From NCBI RefSeq assembly GCF_000008625.1, contig NC_000918.1:870001-902000 (forward strand): 32,000 nucleotides of DNA, read 5' to 3'. Origin of the DNA: Aquifex aeolicus VF5 (lineage in GTDB: Bacteria; Aquificota; Aquificia; Aquificales; Aquificaceae). Made by a program: the position numbers and the translations under genes. The notes below the pieces were generated by a model that was not told where the DNA came from, did not search any database, and worked only from the letters and a program-made list of their open reading frames with translations. Each line of letters opens with the position of its first letter. Positions within the stretch are counted from its first letter, which is position 1. Below are positions 9,682-20,579 of the stretch, in pieces.

Positions 9682-10335
9682 ATGAAAAAATACTCAATAC
9701 TTCTCTTACCCTTCATACTCGCTTCCTGTGCACCTGTATCCGAGAGCCAATTCACGGAACAAAGACTCAGCGAACTTGAAATCAAAGTGGCAAAACTCGA
9801 GGAAAGACAGGAAAAGATAGAGGAACAACTCGAGGAAATAAACAAAAGACTCGACTACATAACGAAGAGTATCGCAAAAAGGGAAATAAAGAGTTACAAA
9901 GAGCCGGAGGAGGAAAAACCACCTTTTGAAGAAGTAAAATCCACCGAGGATGAAAAAGCCGAGTACGAAAATGCTCTAGAACTCTATAAAATGAAGCAAC
10001 TGAACGAAGCAAGGGACGCATTTGTGGAGTTCATAAAAAAGTATCCAAATTCAAAGTACACGGATAACGCGTATTTTTGGCTCGGGAAAACATTCTACGA
10101 ACTGGGAAATACCGAGAGGGCTAAACAAATCTTTAACGTTTTAATTAAGAAGTGCAAGTCTGGAGAACTTCCCGACTGTAATAAACTTCCCGACACTTAC
10201 TTTATGCTCGTAAAAATTTCTCTCGACGAGGGGAACATAGAAGAGGCAAACAGGTACTTATCCATACTTGAGGAAAAGTTTCCCGATGCAGAGGCAACCC
10301 AAAGGGCAAAGGAGTTAATATATAAAACTCCATGA
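9682..10335 (+). CDS. periplasmic TPR lipoprotein, CpoB/YbgF-like
   Basis: Lipobox ILASCAP, coiled-coil region, then tetratricopeptide tail [30 protein letters not shown]. Confidence 0.8.
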   Translation: MKKYSILLLPFILASCAPVSESQFTEQRLSELEIKVAKLEERQEKIEEQLEEINKRLDYITKSIAKREIKSYKEPEEEKPPFEEVKSTEDEKAEYENALELYKMKQLNEARDAFVEFIKKYPNSKYTDNAYFWLGKTFYELGNTERAKQIFNVLIKKCKSGELPDCNKLPDTYFMLVKISLDEGNIEEANRYLSILEEKFPDAEATQRAKELIYKTP

Positions 10336-11027
10336 GCTTAAAACTTCCAGAGCACGTTGCGATAATAATGGACGGAAACGGGCGGTGGGCAAGACAGAGG
10401 GGTCTACCCAGAGTTGCGGGACATTACAGAGGTGCAGAGGTAGCCGAAGACATAATAGAGTACTGTATAGAGCTGGGAATAAAACACCTGACTTTGTTTG
10501 CCTTCTCTACGGAAAACTGGAACAGACCTAAAGAAGAAGTTAAAGCCCTGTTTGAGCTTATGGAAAACTACATAAGGAGTAAGAGGGAAAAACTTTACTC
10601 CTTAGGTGTAAGGGTAAGGTTAATAGGAAGGAGGGACAGACTCAGTAGAGGCTTAGTAAACTTAATGGAAGAACTGGAAAGTGATTCAAAGGATTTCAAA
10701 AATCTCTTTTTAAACGTTGCCATAGACTACGGCGGAAGGGATGACATACTGAGGGCTGTGAAAAAAATAATGGAAGTTCAACCGAGCAAACTTGATGAGG
10801 AGACTTTTTCTCAGTTTCTGGATCTCTCCTGCTCTCCTGACCCTGACCTTCTAATAAGAACCGCGGGAGAGAAGAGGATTTCCAACTTCCTCCTATGGAA
10901 CCTGGCGTACACGGAGCTTTACTTTACTGATACACTCTGGCCCGATTTCACGAGAGAAGAATTTATGAAAGCCCTTGAGGATTACTCAAGGAGAAAGAGA
11001 AAGTTCGGGAGAGTTCTTGATGAGTAG
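10332..11027 (+). CDS. uppS: isoprenyl transferase (undecaprenyl diphosphate synthase)
   Basis: HVAIIMDGNGRWARQRGLPRVAGHYRGAE...LTLFAFSTENWNRP...LLIRTAGEKRISNFLLWNLAYTELYFTDTLWPDF. Confidence 0.97.
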   Translation: MSLKLPEHVAIIMDGNGRWARQRGLPRVAGHYRGAEVAEDIIEYCIELGIKHLTLFAFSTENWNRPKEEVKALFELMENYIRSKREKLYSLGVRVRLIGRRDRLSRGLVNLMEELESDSKDFKNLFLNVAIDYGGRDDILRAVKKIMEVQPSKLDEETFSQFLDLSCSPDPDLLIRTAGEKRISNFLLWNLAYTELYFTDTLWPDFTREEFMKALEDYSRRKRKFGRVLDE

Positions 11028-11754
11028 AGAATTTTACGGCGTGCTTATAGGCGTAACGACACTTCTTGTTATCTTCTTACCGAAATCTTTATTCCTTTTA
11101 GTGATTTTGTTCTTGTGTTTTGCCATATCTAGAGAAGTATCGGTAGCTTTGGGAGAAAATGAGGTATTTTATTTCTCACCTTTAGTTTTATTGACTTATT
11201 ACTTTGCCGATCCACTTGTCTTTCCGTTAATAGGTTTACTGTCTCTTTATTTTGCCTACAAAAGGTGGGAACTAAATTCTTTTTTTAAATCAACTTTTTT
11301 GCTTTTTTATCCCGCCCTTTTTCTTGTTTACCTGATAAAAATAAAGGAAATCTCAACTTATTACTTGCTAATTTTTATTTTCGGAATTTGGATAAACGAC
11401 GTTTTTGCTTACTATATAGGGAAAAACTTCGGGAAAACTCCTCTCTTTCCAAAAATTTCTCCGAAGAAAACTGTGGAAGGATTCCTCGGTGGAGTATTAT
11501 TCGGGAGTTTATTCTTTGCCCTCACTTTGCCCTATGGAATTTTAAACTCTTTCCTTTTAGGTACTTTTGTACTTACGGTAGGTGTAGCGGGGGACTACTT
11601 TAAGTCCTTCATAAAGAGGCAGGTTGGGATTAAGGACTTTTCAAACGTTTTTGGTGAACACGGCGGCTTTACGGACCGCTTTGACGCCCTTGTTTTTTCC
11701 GCTCCCGTGTTTTACCTTATAATGTGTGCTGGGGAGCTTAATTGTAAACTTTAA
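11020..11754 (+). CDS. cdsA: phosphatidate cytidylyltransferase
   Basis: Polytopic; C-terminal SPKKTVEGFLGG...VGVAGDYFKSFIKRQVGIKDFSNVFGEHGGFTDRFDALVFSAP signature. ATG at 11020 preferred over the 10975 ORF start. Confidence 0.93.
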   Translation: MSREFYGVLIGVTTLLVIFLPKSLFLLVILFLCFAISREVSVALGENEVFYFSPLVLLTYYFADPLVFPLIGLLSLYFAYKRWELNSFFKSTFLLFYPALFLVYLIKIKEISTYYLLIFIFGIWINDVFAYYIGKNFGKTPLFPKISPKKTVEGFLGGVLFGSLFFALTLPYGILNSFLLGTFVLTVGVAGDYFKSFIKRQVGIKDFSNVFGEHGGFTDRFDALVFSAPVFYLIMCAGELNCKL

Positions 11755-11779
11755 ACTCTTCTCAGCGGGAGGGGCAATT

Positions 11780-12241
11780 ATGGAAGTATTCAGCCGTTCC
11801 TTTAAGAACGGAGAAGAAATTCCAAAAGTTTACACATGTGACGGTAAAGACATATCACCTCATATAGGCTGGGAGGATGTTCCCGAAGGAACGAAAAGCT
11901 TCGTCCTGATAATGGATGACCCTGACGCTCCTATCGGAACTTTTACCCATTGGGTTGTTTACGACATACCTTCCCAAACCAGAGAGTTACTTGAAGACTT
12001 TCCGAAAGTTCCGGAGGTGAGCGGGATAAAGCAGGGAATTAACGACTTTGGGAGAGTAGGCTATGGAGGGCCATGTCCTCCCAGAGGTCACGGCTATCAC
12101 AGGTACTTCTTCAAAGTCTTTGCCCTGAGCGTGGAGAGCTTAGGACTTCCTCCGGGAGCAAGCAGAAAAGATGTTGAGTTAAAAATGAACGGGAAAATCC
12201 TCGCACAGGCTCACATAATAGGGCTCTACAAAAGAGATTAA
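11780..12241 (+). CDS. YbhB/YbcL family (PEBP, Raf-kinase-inhibitor-like) protein
   Basis: DGKDISPHIGWEDVPEGTKSFVLIMDDPDAPIGTFTHWVVYDIP...GYGGPCPPRGHGYHRYFFKVFAL; SD-like gcgggagggg before ATG 11780. Confidence 0.93.
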   Translation: MEVFSRSFKNGEEIPKVYTCDGKDISPHIGWEDVPEGTKSFVLIMDDPDAPIGTFTHWVVYDIPSQTRELLEDFPKVPEVSGIKQGINDFGRVGYGGPCPPRGHGYHRYFFKVFALSVESLGLPPGASRKDVELKMNGKILAQAHIIGLYKRD

Positions 12242-12670
12242 TTCCTTTAAAGGAAACCTCGGATATTCTTTTACAAGTTCTCCTTCTTCGTTGAATATCA
12301 TAGTGCTCGGCAAAAAGACGAGTTTTACGAGTTCCGTTATGTTTCCTTTAGGGTCTACAAGCACTTTAAACTTAGGCTTAATTCCGTAATCTTTTAAAAC
12401 TTTCAATACGTCCTGAGGTGTCATAAAAACCGCCAAAGAAACGACTTCGTATTTTTGAGAAAGTTTTTCGTAATTTTCGTTTATTACCTTCATATCGTCG
12501 GTGTGCCCCGTGCAGGTGCCCGTCCAGACGTACAGGAGGAGTTTCTTGTTTACTGGTTTTTCCATCCTTGCAGGATTTCCTTTAAGGTCAACGAAGTTTA
12601 TGTTGTAAATTGTCCTCTCCGCCTGACAGGAAATTATAAAGAGAAGAAGGAAAACGAGGAACCTCATCAA
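12179..12670 (-). CDS. TlpA/thioredoxin-fold lipoprotein with degenerate active site (CTGH)
   Basis: Lipobox FIISCQA; LLLYVWTGTCTGHTDDMKVINENYEKL...FLPSTMIFNEEGELVKEYPRF resembles TlpA/ResA layout, with CTGH where CXXC is expected. Confidence 0.7.
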   Translation of the reverse strand: MMRFLVFLLLFIISCQAERTIYNINFVDLKGNPARMEKPVNKKLLLYVWTGTCTGHTDDMKVINENYEKLSQKYEVVSLAVFMTPQDVLKVLKDYGIKPKFKVLVDPKGNITELVKLVFLPSTMIFNEEGELVKEYPRFPLKELISFVEPYYVSLCEDFPVHF

Positions 12671-13122
12671 TGGTGCATGTGGTGCTTCATGCGGTGCTTT
12701 TTCACAACTGGAGCTTCAACGGTTATCTTCCCGCTCTTTTCAAAGATGAGTTCTACCTTCACTTTGTCCCCTTCCTTAATCCTCTTCTTTAAACCTATTA
12801 TCATCACGTGGTACCCGTGGTGTTTGAACTCTACCTTTCCTTTAGGAGGGATTTCTATCCTCTCTTGAGGAACCATTTTGGCGACGTCGTTTTCTATTAC
12901 AGTTTTGTGGAGTTCCACCCTTTGGGCTATATCCGTTTTTGCACCGATCAGGTAATCGGGTTCATCGCCTTCGTTCACAATAATCATCCCCATCATCGTA
13001 GTGTTAGGACCGGGAGGCGGTTCCATAACCCACGGGTGTTTAACGACTATCTTGGGAGCTCCGAAGCTGAGAGCTACAAACACTACTATCAAAGTGAGTA
13101 ACTTCCTCATAATATTAAGCAT
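12667..13122 (-). CDS. copper chaperone PCuAC family protein (DUF461)
   Basis: HPWVMEPPPGPNTTMMGMIIVNEGDEPDYLIGAKTDIAQRVELHKTVIENDVAKMVPQERIEIPPKGKVEFKHHGYHVMIIGLKKRIKEGD; conserved H/M ligands; His/Met-rich tail. Start may be ATG 13110. Confidence 0.9.
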   Translation of the reverse strand: MLNIMRKLLTLIVVFVALSFGAPKIVVKHPWVMEPPPGPNTTMMGMIIVNEGDEPDYLIGAKTDIAQRVELHKTVIENDVAKMVPQERIEIPPKGKVEFKHHGYHVMIIGLKKRIKEGDKVKVELIFEKSGKITVEAPVVKKHRMKHHMHH

Positions 13123-13163
13123 TCTAATATAATTAATTGCTTAGCTAAAAAGGAGGTAAAGAG

Positions 13164-13472
13164 ATGGAACAACAGAGTCCTGTGGGAGCACTCCTCTTTC
13201 AGATAATCTTCTTAGTCGCCATATTCCTTATGTTCTACTTTCTCATAATAAGACCGCAGAAAAAGGAAAGGGAAAGGCACAGAAAGTTTTTAGAAAGTTT
13301 AAAGAAGGGAGACAAGGTTATAACTTCTTCGGGTATATGGGGAACGGTTGTGGAGATTGGAGACAGGACAATTACCCTGAAAGTTGATGCAAACACCAAG
13401 ATAACCTTCTCAAAGGAAGCCATAGTGGCTTACCAGCCGGGATATGAGAAGAAAGAAGAGAAGAAAGATTAA
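13164..13472 (+). CDS. yajC: preprotein translocase subunit YajC
   Basis: One N-terminal TM then FYFLIIRPQKKERERHRKFLESLKKGDKVITSSGIWGTVVEI. Confidence 0.95.
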   Translation: MEQQSPVGALLFQIIFLVAIFLMFYFLIIRPQKKERERHRKFLESLKKGDKVITSSGIWGTVVEIGDRTITLKVDANTKITFSKEAIVAYQPGYEKKEEKKD

Positions 13473-15538
13473 GATAGGAGTTTGTAGGAAATCGTTCCTA
13501 TTATCCATGCAAGTACAAAGCTGTAAACGAGGAAGGCCGTTGCCTTCCCGTACCCTATTTCTCTGCCCATCGTTGCATAAGTCCCGAGACAAGATGTGTA
13601 TATCAGTATGAATACCATAAAGGCAAAGGCGGAAGCAGGAGTAAAGCTGTTTCTTATTAAATCTCTTAGTTGTCCCGTTTCCTCTTCTTCCACTTCAAGG
13701 GCTTGAATCTTTAGGCTGAAAACGGATTTAACTGCGGTTTTTGTAGCCTCCAGAAGTCCCGACAACTGGTTCTTAAGTTCTTCTGAAAAACTGAACTTTT
13801 CTTTTTCCTGAACCACCTCTGTGGCCGTGTATATAACACCCATGGAGCTGAGGACTATCTCCCTTGCCAAAAATGCTGGAATCAAAGATGTGGTAGCTCT
13901 CCAGTCGGAAATTCCCATAGGCTCAAAAACGGGAACCAAAACTCTACCTATGTCCGCCGCCAGGCTATCTTTCGGATTTTTGACATTCGGAGGGAGATTT
14001 AAAAGTATCCATATGAAAATAGACGCTGCAAATATTAGCGTTCCTGCCCTGTATAAGAAATCTTTTACGTGTATCCAGGAGATATTTAAAACCGTTTTTA
14101 AAGAAGGCATACGGTAAGGTGGAAGTTCTATCACGAAGTGAGAGGAGGCTCCTCTTGCTATACTTTTTCTCATTAAAAAGGCTGTAAGCAGTGCAACTGC
14201 TACACCCAGAAGGTACAGACCCGTTATCACGAGTGCGGCATTATTGGGAAAGAACGTAATTGCAAAGAAGGAAAATACCACAAGTCTTGCGGGACAACTG
14301 ATAAAAGGTATCATGGCGATAACGATTAACTTTTCCCTCGTGGTTTCAAGGGTTCTCGTGGCAACTATTGCTGGAACATTACAACCGAGGGCGAGGATTA
14401 AAGGAATTACGCTCTTTCCGTGGAGTCCCATTCTGTGCAGGAACTTGTCCATTAAAAAGGCAACCCTCGGAACGTATCCCGACATCTCAAGGAAGGTTAT
14501 AAGAAAGTAAAGAGTAAAAATAAGAGGAACAAAGGTAAGAACAAATCCCACGCCTCCGATAACAGCTTCGGAGAAAAACCGCGAGATAAATTCAGGTGCA
14601 CCTAAGGAAGCCAAAAATTCCTTTACCGCAGGGTTTAAGAAGTCCGTGAAGAAACCATCAACCCAGTCAACAAACGGACTTGAGAAGTCAAAGGTAACCT
14701 TGAAAAGGAGGAACATTATAACGACGAAGAACACGAAACCGAGAACCGGATGGAGGAGGAGGTTGTCAAGGAAATCCGTTAATGTTCTTACGTCTATACC
14801 CTTTTGTTTTACGACTTCTTCGTAAATCCCGTGGGCAAAGGCGTAACGTTCATCTTCTAAGTACTTTTTAAACTCTTTTCCGTACTTCTCTTTAAACTTT
14901 TTTTGAAGTTCTTTATCTCGGAGGGCAAACTCTATGAGCTCGTGTTTAGTAAAAGGCTGAGCTTTAAGGGATTTGTACTTCTGTGCTACTTCAGATAAAA
15001 ACTCTTCAAGTTCTTCAGAATACTTTAACCTGGGTACGTGTTTTTCTTCGTAAGCTTCCACTATTAATGGAAGTATCTTCTCAACACCAGTTCCCTTTTT
15101 TCCTACAGTTTTTACCGCCTTTACTCCCAAGAGTTCGTAAAAAGCCTTTTCGTCTATTTCTATCCCGAGTTTTTGAGCCTCGTCGTAGAGGTTTAAAACT
15201 AGAACTGTGGGTTTTTCAAACTCAAAGAGCTGAACAGTGAGGTATAAACTCCTTTCTAAGTTCGTTGAGTCAAGAACGGTTAAAATTACGTCAACGTTTC
15301 CCTTTTCTAAAAACTCAACCGCTATCTTCTCGTCTTCCGATATTGGTTCAAGGGTGTATATACCGGGAAGGTCCACAAAGTGTATCTCGTAATCCTTGTA
15401 CCTTACGGTAGCTTCCTTCTTCTCAACGGTGACACCAGGCCAGTTTCCGACCTTTAGAGCTGTTCCGGCTATAGCGTTCAGTATCGTAGTCTTTCCCACG
15501 TTCGGATTTCCCGCAACTGCAACCGTTATTTTCTTCAT
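13469..15538 (-). CDS. feoB: ferrous iron transport protein B
   Basis: GNPNVGKTTILNAIAGT G1, VDLPGIYTL G3, polytopic C-terminus with IPFISCPARLVVFSFFA and LALGCNVPAIVATR. Confidence 0.96.
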   Translation of the reverse strand: MKKITVAVAGNPNVGKTTILNAIAGTALKVGNWPGVTVEKKEATVRYKDYEIHFVDLPGIYTLEPISEDEKIAVEFLEKGNVDVILTVLDSTNLERSLYLTVQLFEFEKPTVLVLNLYDEAQKLGIEIDEKAFYELLGVKAVKTVGKKGTGVEKILPLIVEAYEEKHVPRLKYSEELEEFLSEVAQKYKSLKAQPFTKHELIEFALRDKELQKKFKEKYGKEFKKYLEDERYAFAHGIYEEVVKQKGIDVRTLTDFLDNLLLHPVLGFVFFVVIMFLLFKVTFDFSSPFVDWVDGFFTDFLNPAVKEFLASLGAPEFISRFFSEAVIGGVGFVLTFVPLIFTLYFLITFLEMSGYVPRVAFLMDKFLHRMGLHGKSVIPLILALGCNVPAIVATRTLETTREKLIVIAMIPFISCPARLVVFSFFAITFFPNNAALVITGLYLLGVAVALLTAFLMRKSIARGASSHFVIELPPYRMPSLKTVLNISWIHVKDFLYRAGTLIFAASIFIWILLNLPPNVKNPKDSLAADIGRVLVPVFEPMGISDWRATTSLIPAFLAREIVLSSMGVIYTATEVVQEKEKFSFSEELKNQLSGLLEATKTAVKSVFSLKIQALEVEEEETGQLRDLIRNSFTPASAFAFMVFILIYTSCLGTYATMGREIGYGKATAFLVYSFVLAWIIGTISYKLLS

Positions 15539-15547
15539 GTCTCTACC

Positions 15548-16477
15548 TCAGTACTCAAAGTTCAGCCGAAAACCTAAAACGTATGTGTTCCTAACATCGT
15601 CTATTAATTGATAATCAAAGGTAATGTGAAGATAACTTGAAAGTACGTGTTTAAAATAGATTTCCAACACGTTTACGTCTTTTAGCTTGTTTCCCTTCCT
15701 GAAGGCGTAACCAAAACCGATTTCTTCCTTTCCTAAATTCAATACGCTACCACCGCTTACAAAGTATTTGTAATCCTCAAGGTTATTCTTCCCGAACCTG
15801 AAGAAAAATCCCAAGTTTTCAAAGGTGTAGTCGGAGGAAATACCTAAACTTTTTACTTCTTCAAAAGGTGAGTGGGTGTAGTAAAAGTAAACGTGGTAAT
15901 CTTCTGAAGAAAAGCCGAACTGCATCAGATAAACGCTTTCCGTGTCAGGGTCTCCTTGGGCCCAGCCAAACTGGAGTGAAAAATTATGACTTAAATTAAG
16001 ATTTAATATCAATCCGGGATTGTACGAAGGTAAAACCGCTAAAGGGTTGTTTACGAGATCCGTATTTAAAAATTGATTTTGCTCGTCGTTTGCATACTCA
16101 TTTGTATCAAAAAAGGAAGTCGTGTCGAGAATTCCAGCGTAAACCCCTGCACGTTTTACTTTTAAACCTGCGTAAGCTTCCAGTAAGTACTTTCTGCCAG
16201 TTTCGTTTACATCTTTGGTGTCCTTCTCCAGATCGTCTGCGGAAGGAAGAGAGTTAAATCCAAGCTCTTCAAAGGTTTTATTGAGCTCGTTTCCGAAAGA
16301 AACTGAGGCGTTTACAAGGATTTCAAATTTTCCGATTTTCGGGTTGAAAATCAAGTGTGAGGTGGTATAAGCACCGCCTTTATACCTTGAACTTTGATAA
16401 ACGGTAGTGTTCATAAAGTGAATTCTGTGTTGAATATGCTTCTCAACGTGCTTCAATACGGGAGTGGAAAAGTCCAA
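15548..16477 (-). CDS. OprB-like (carbohydrate-selective porin family) outer-membrane beta-barrel protein, no evident signal peptide
   Basis: GVYAGILDTTSFFDTNEYANDEQNQFLNTDLVNNPLAVLPSYNPGLILNLNLSHNFSLQFGWAQGD; alternating amphipathic strands ending LGFRLNFEY (terminal aromatic). TTG start immediately after the feoA stop. Confidence 0.65.
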   Translation of the reverse strand: MDFSTPVLKHVEKHIQHRIHFMNTTVYQSSRYKGGAYTTSHLIFNPKIGKFEILVNASVSFGNELNKTFEELGFNSLPSADDLEKDTKDVNETGRKYLLEAYAGLKVKRAGVYAGILDTTSFFDTNEYANDEQNQFLNTDLVNNPLAVLPSYNPGLILNLNLSHNFSLQFGWAQGDPDTESVYLMQFGFSSEDYHVYFYYTHSPFEEVKSLGISSDYTFENLGFFFRFGKNNLEDYKYFVSGGSVLNLGKEEIGFGYAFRKGNKLKDVNVLEIYFKHVLSSYLHITFDYQLIDDVRNTYVLGFRLNFEY

Positions 16478-19127
<2,650 letters not shown>

Positions 19128-19128
19128 A

Positions 19129-19188
19129 ATGACTTCAGTCATAGAAGTAAGTTTTTTTCTTTTGTTAATATACTGAAATCAAATTTCA
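19129..19188. promoter_or_regulatory. candidate operator region upstream of the porin gene: two perfect inverted repeats
   Basis: ATGACT-TC-AGTCAT (19129-19142) and TGAAAT-CAA-ATTTCA (19174-19188), just before an AAGGAGG SD and ATG 19207. Confidence 0.3.
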
Positions 19189-19206
19189 ATTTTAAGGAGG
19201 TGTGTG

Positions 19207-20514
19207 ATGAAAAGATTTGTGGCGCTCTCAATGGCCATCTTCAGTCTTTCTTTTGCCCAAGACGTGGATGAGAAAATCAAGGCTTTGGAAGAACAAATTG
19301 AGAGCCTCCAAAAGGAGCTCCAGGAACTGAAGAAAGCAAAGGAAGAGACGGAAGTTTTAAAAGAAGAGTTCAGGAAATTGAGACTGGAAATCGTTATGCC
19401 TGAAGCTTACAAACCTTACGCAGGTCTTGGACCTGCAGCCTCAAAGGTTTATCAAGTAAAGAAAGGTGTTTCCATAGGCGGATACGGAGAACTCCACTAC
19501 ATAAACAATCCGGATAATGATCCAAGTTCCATAATAGATCTCAAGAGGTTAATCCTGTACTTCGGTTACTCTTTCACTGAAAATTTAAAATTTAATTCTG
19601 AGATTGAGATTGAGCACGCATTTGTAGAAGGTGGAGAGGAAAGCGGTGAACTTGCAGTAGAATTCGCTTATCTGGATTACAACTTTTCTCCTAAGTTCGG
19701 ACTTAGAGGCGGTATGCTCCTTATACCAGTAGGAATTGTAAACGAACTCCACGAGCCACCTACATTTCCTACCGTTGATAGACCATATCTTGAGAGAAAC
19801 ATAATCCCTACAACATGGAGTGAAAATGGTATTGGTATTTACGGAGACACGGACCTTATATCTTACAGGGCTTACATAGTAAACGGTATGAAGGCGGAAG
19901 AGGGAGAGTTTAAAGCATCTGCTCCATTGAAAAAACTCAGACAAAATGGTGGGGAGGCAGTTTCCGACTCTCTCGCTTTTACAGGAAGAATAGACTTTAA
20001 GCTTCCCAATAACTTAACTGTAGGAGCTTCTACCTTCATATCGGGCGTTCAGAATGAAGACGGTAAAAACTTAGGGAATATTTACCTGTTTTCTCCGCAC
20101 CTCTGGTGGCAGTATGCGGGATGGGATGTAAGGTTCGTAGGAGCTTACGCCACGGTAAGTGATGCGGAAAAGATTACCCTTGAACTTTCTTCCGCAACTT
20201 GTGACAAAAGCACGTGTAACGTCTTTCCAAAGAGAATGCAGGGCTTTTACCTGCAAGTCGCTTACAACATCCTGAGACACTTTGATACAGAGCAAGAGCT
20301 CTACGTATTCGGAGTGTATGAAAATTACGACACGCACGCGTCTGTGCCCTCGGGATATGAAAAACCAAAGGGCTCCGAGGTTCAGATATTCAACTTCGGT
20401 ATTTCTTACAAACCTCACCCTCTTGTGGCTCTAAAGGCGGATTATGTCAGGGAAGATTACAAAGATAAAAAGGACAACGATATTTACAGAGCGGCTATAA
20501 CTTGGATGTTCTAA
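19207..20514 (+). CDS. outer-membrane porin-like protein with N-terminal coiled coil
   Basis: Signal MKRFVALSMAIFSLSFA, coiled coil VDEKIKALEEQIESLQKELQELKK, many amphipathic strands, terminal ...AAITWMF. Preceded by AAGGAGG. Confidence 0.85.
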   Translation: MKRFVALSMAIFSLSFAQDVDEKIKALEEQIESLQKELQELKKAKEETEVLKEEFRKLRLEIVMPEAYKPYAGLGPAASKVYQVKKGVSIGGYGELHYINNPDNDPSSIIDLKRLILYFGYSFTENLKFNSEIEIEHAFVEGGEESGELAVEFAYLDYNFSPKFGLRGGMLLIPVGIVNELHEPPTFPTVDRPYLERNIIPTTWSENGIGIYGDTDLISYRAYIVNGMKAEEGEFKASAPLKKLRQNGGEAVSDSLAFTGRIDFKLPNNLTVGASTFISGVQNEDGKNLGNIYLFSPHLWWQYAGWDVRFVGAYATVSDAEKITLELSSATCDKSTCNVFPKRMQGFYLQVAYNILRHFDTEQELYVFGVYENYDTHASVPSGYEKPKGSEVQIFNFGISYKPHPLVALKADYVREDYKDKKDNDIYRAAITWMF

Positions 20515-20579
20515 AAACCCCTGCGAGGAGGAGCGTGGGGAGGTGGGGCTTCCTTTAGTCTTTTTAGAGAGGTACAAGG

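Noticed and set aside
13116-13143. TAAGCA-N16-TGCTTA inverted repeat between PCuAC and yajC
   Set aside because: Short half-sites in AT-rich DNA with a long loop; close to chance expectation.
19129-19160. Intrinsic terminator after apbE
   Set aside because: The ATGAC/GTCAT stem is only 5 bp with a 4-nt loop and the T run is separated from it by 9 nt, so it is too weak to call as a terminator.
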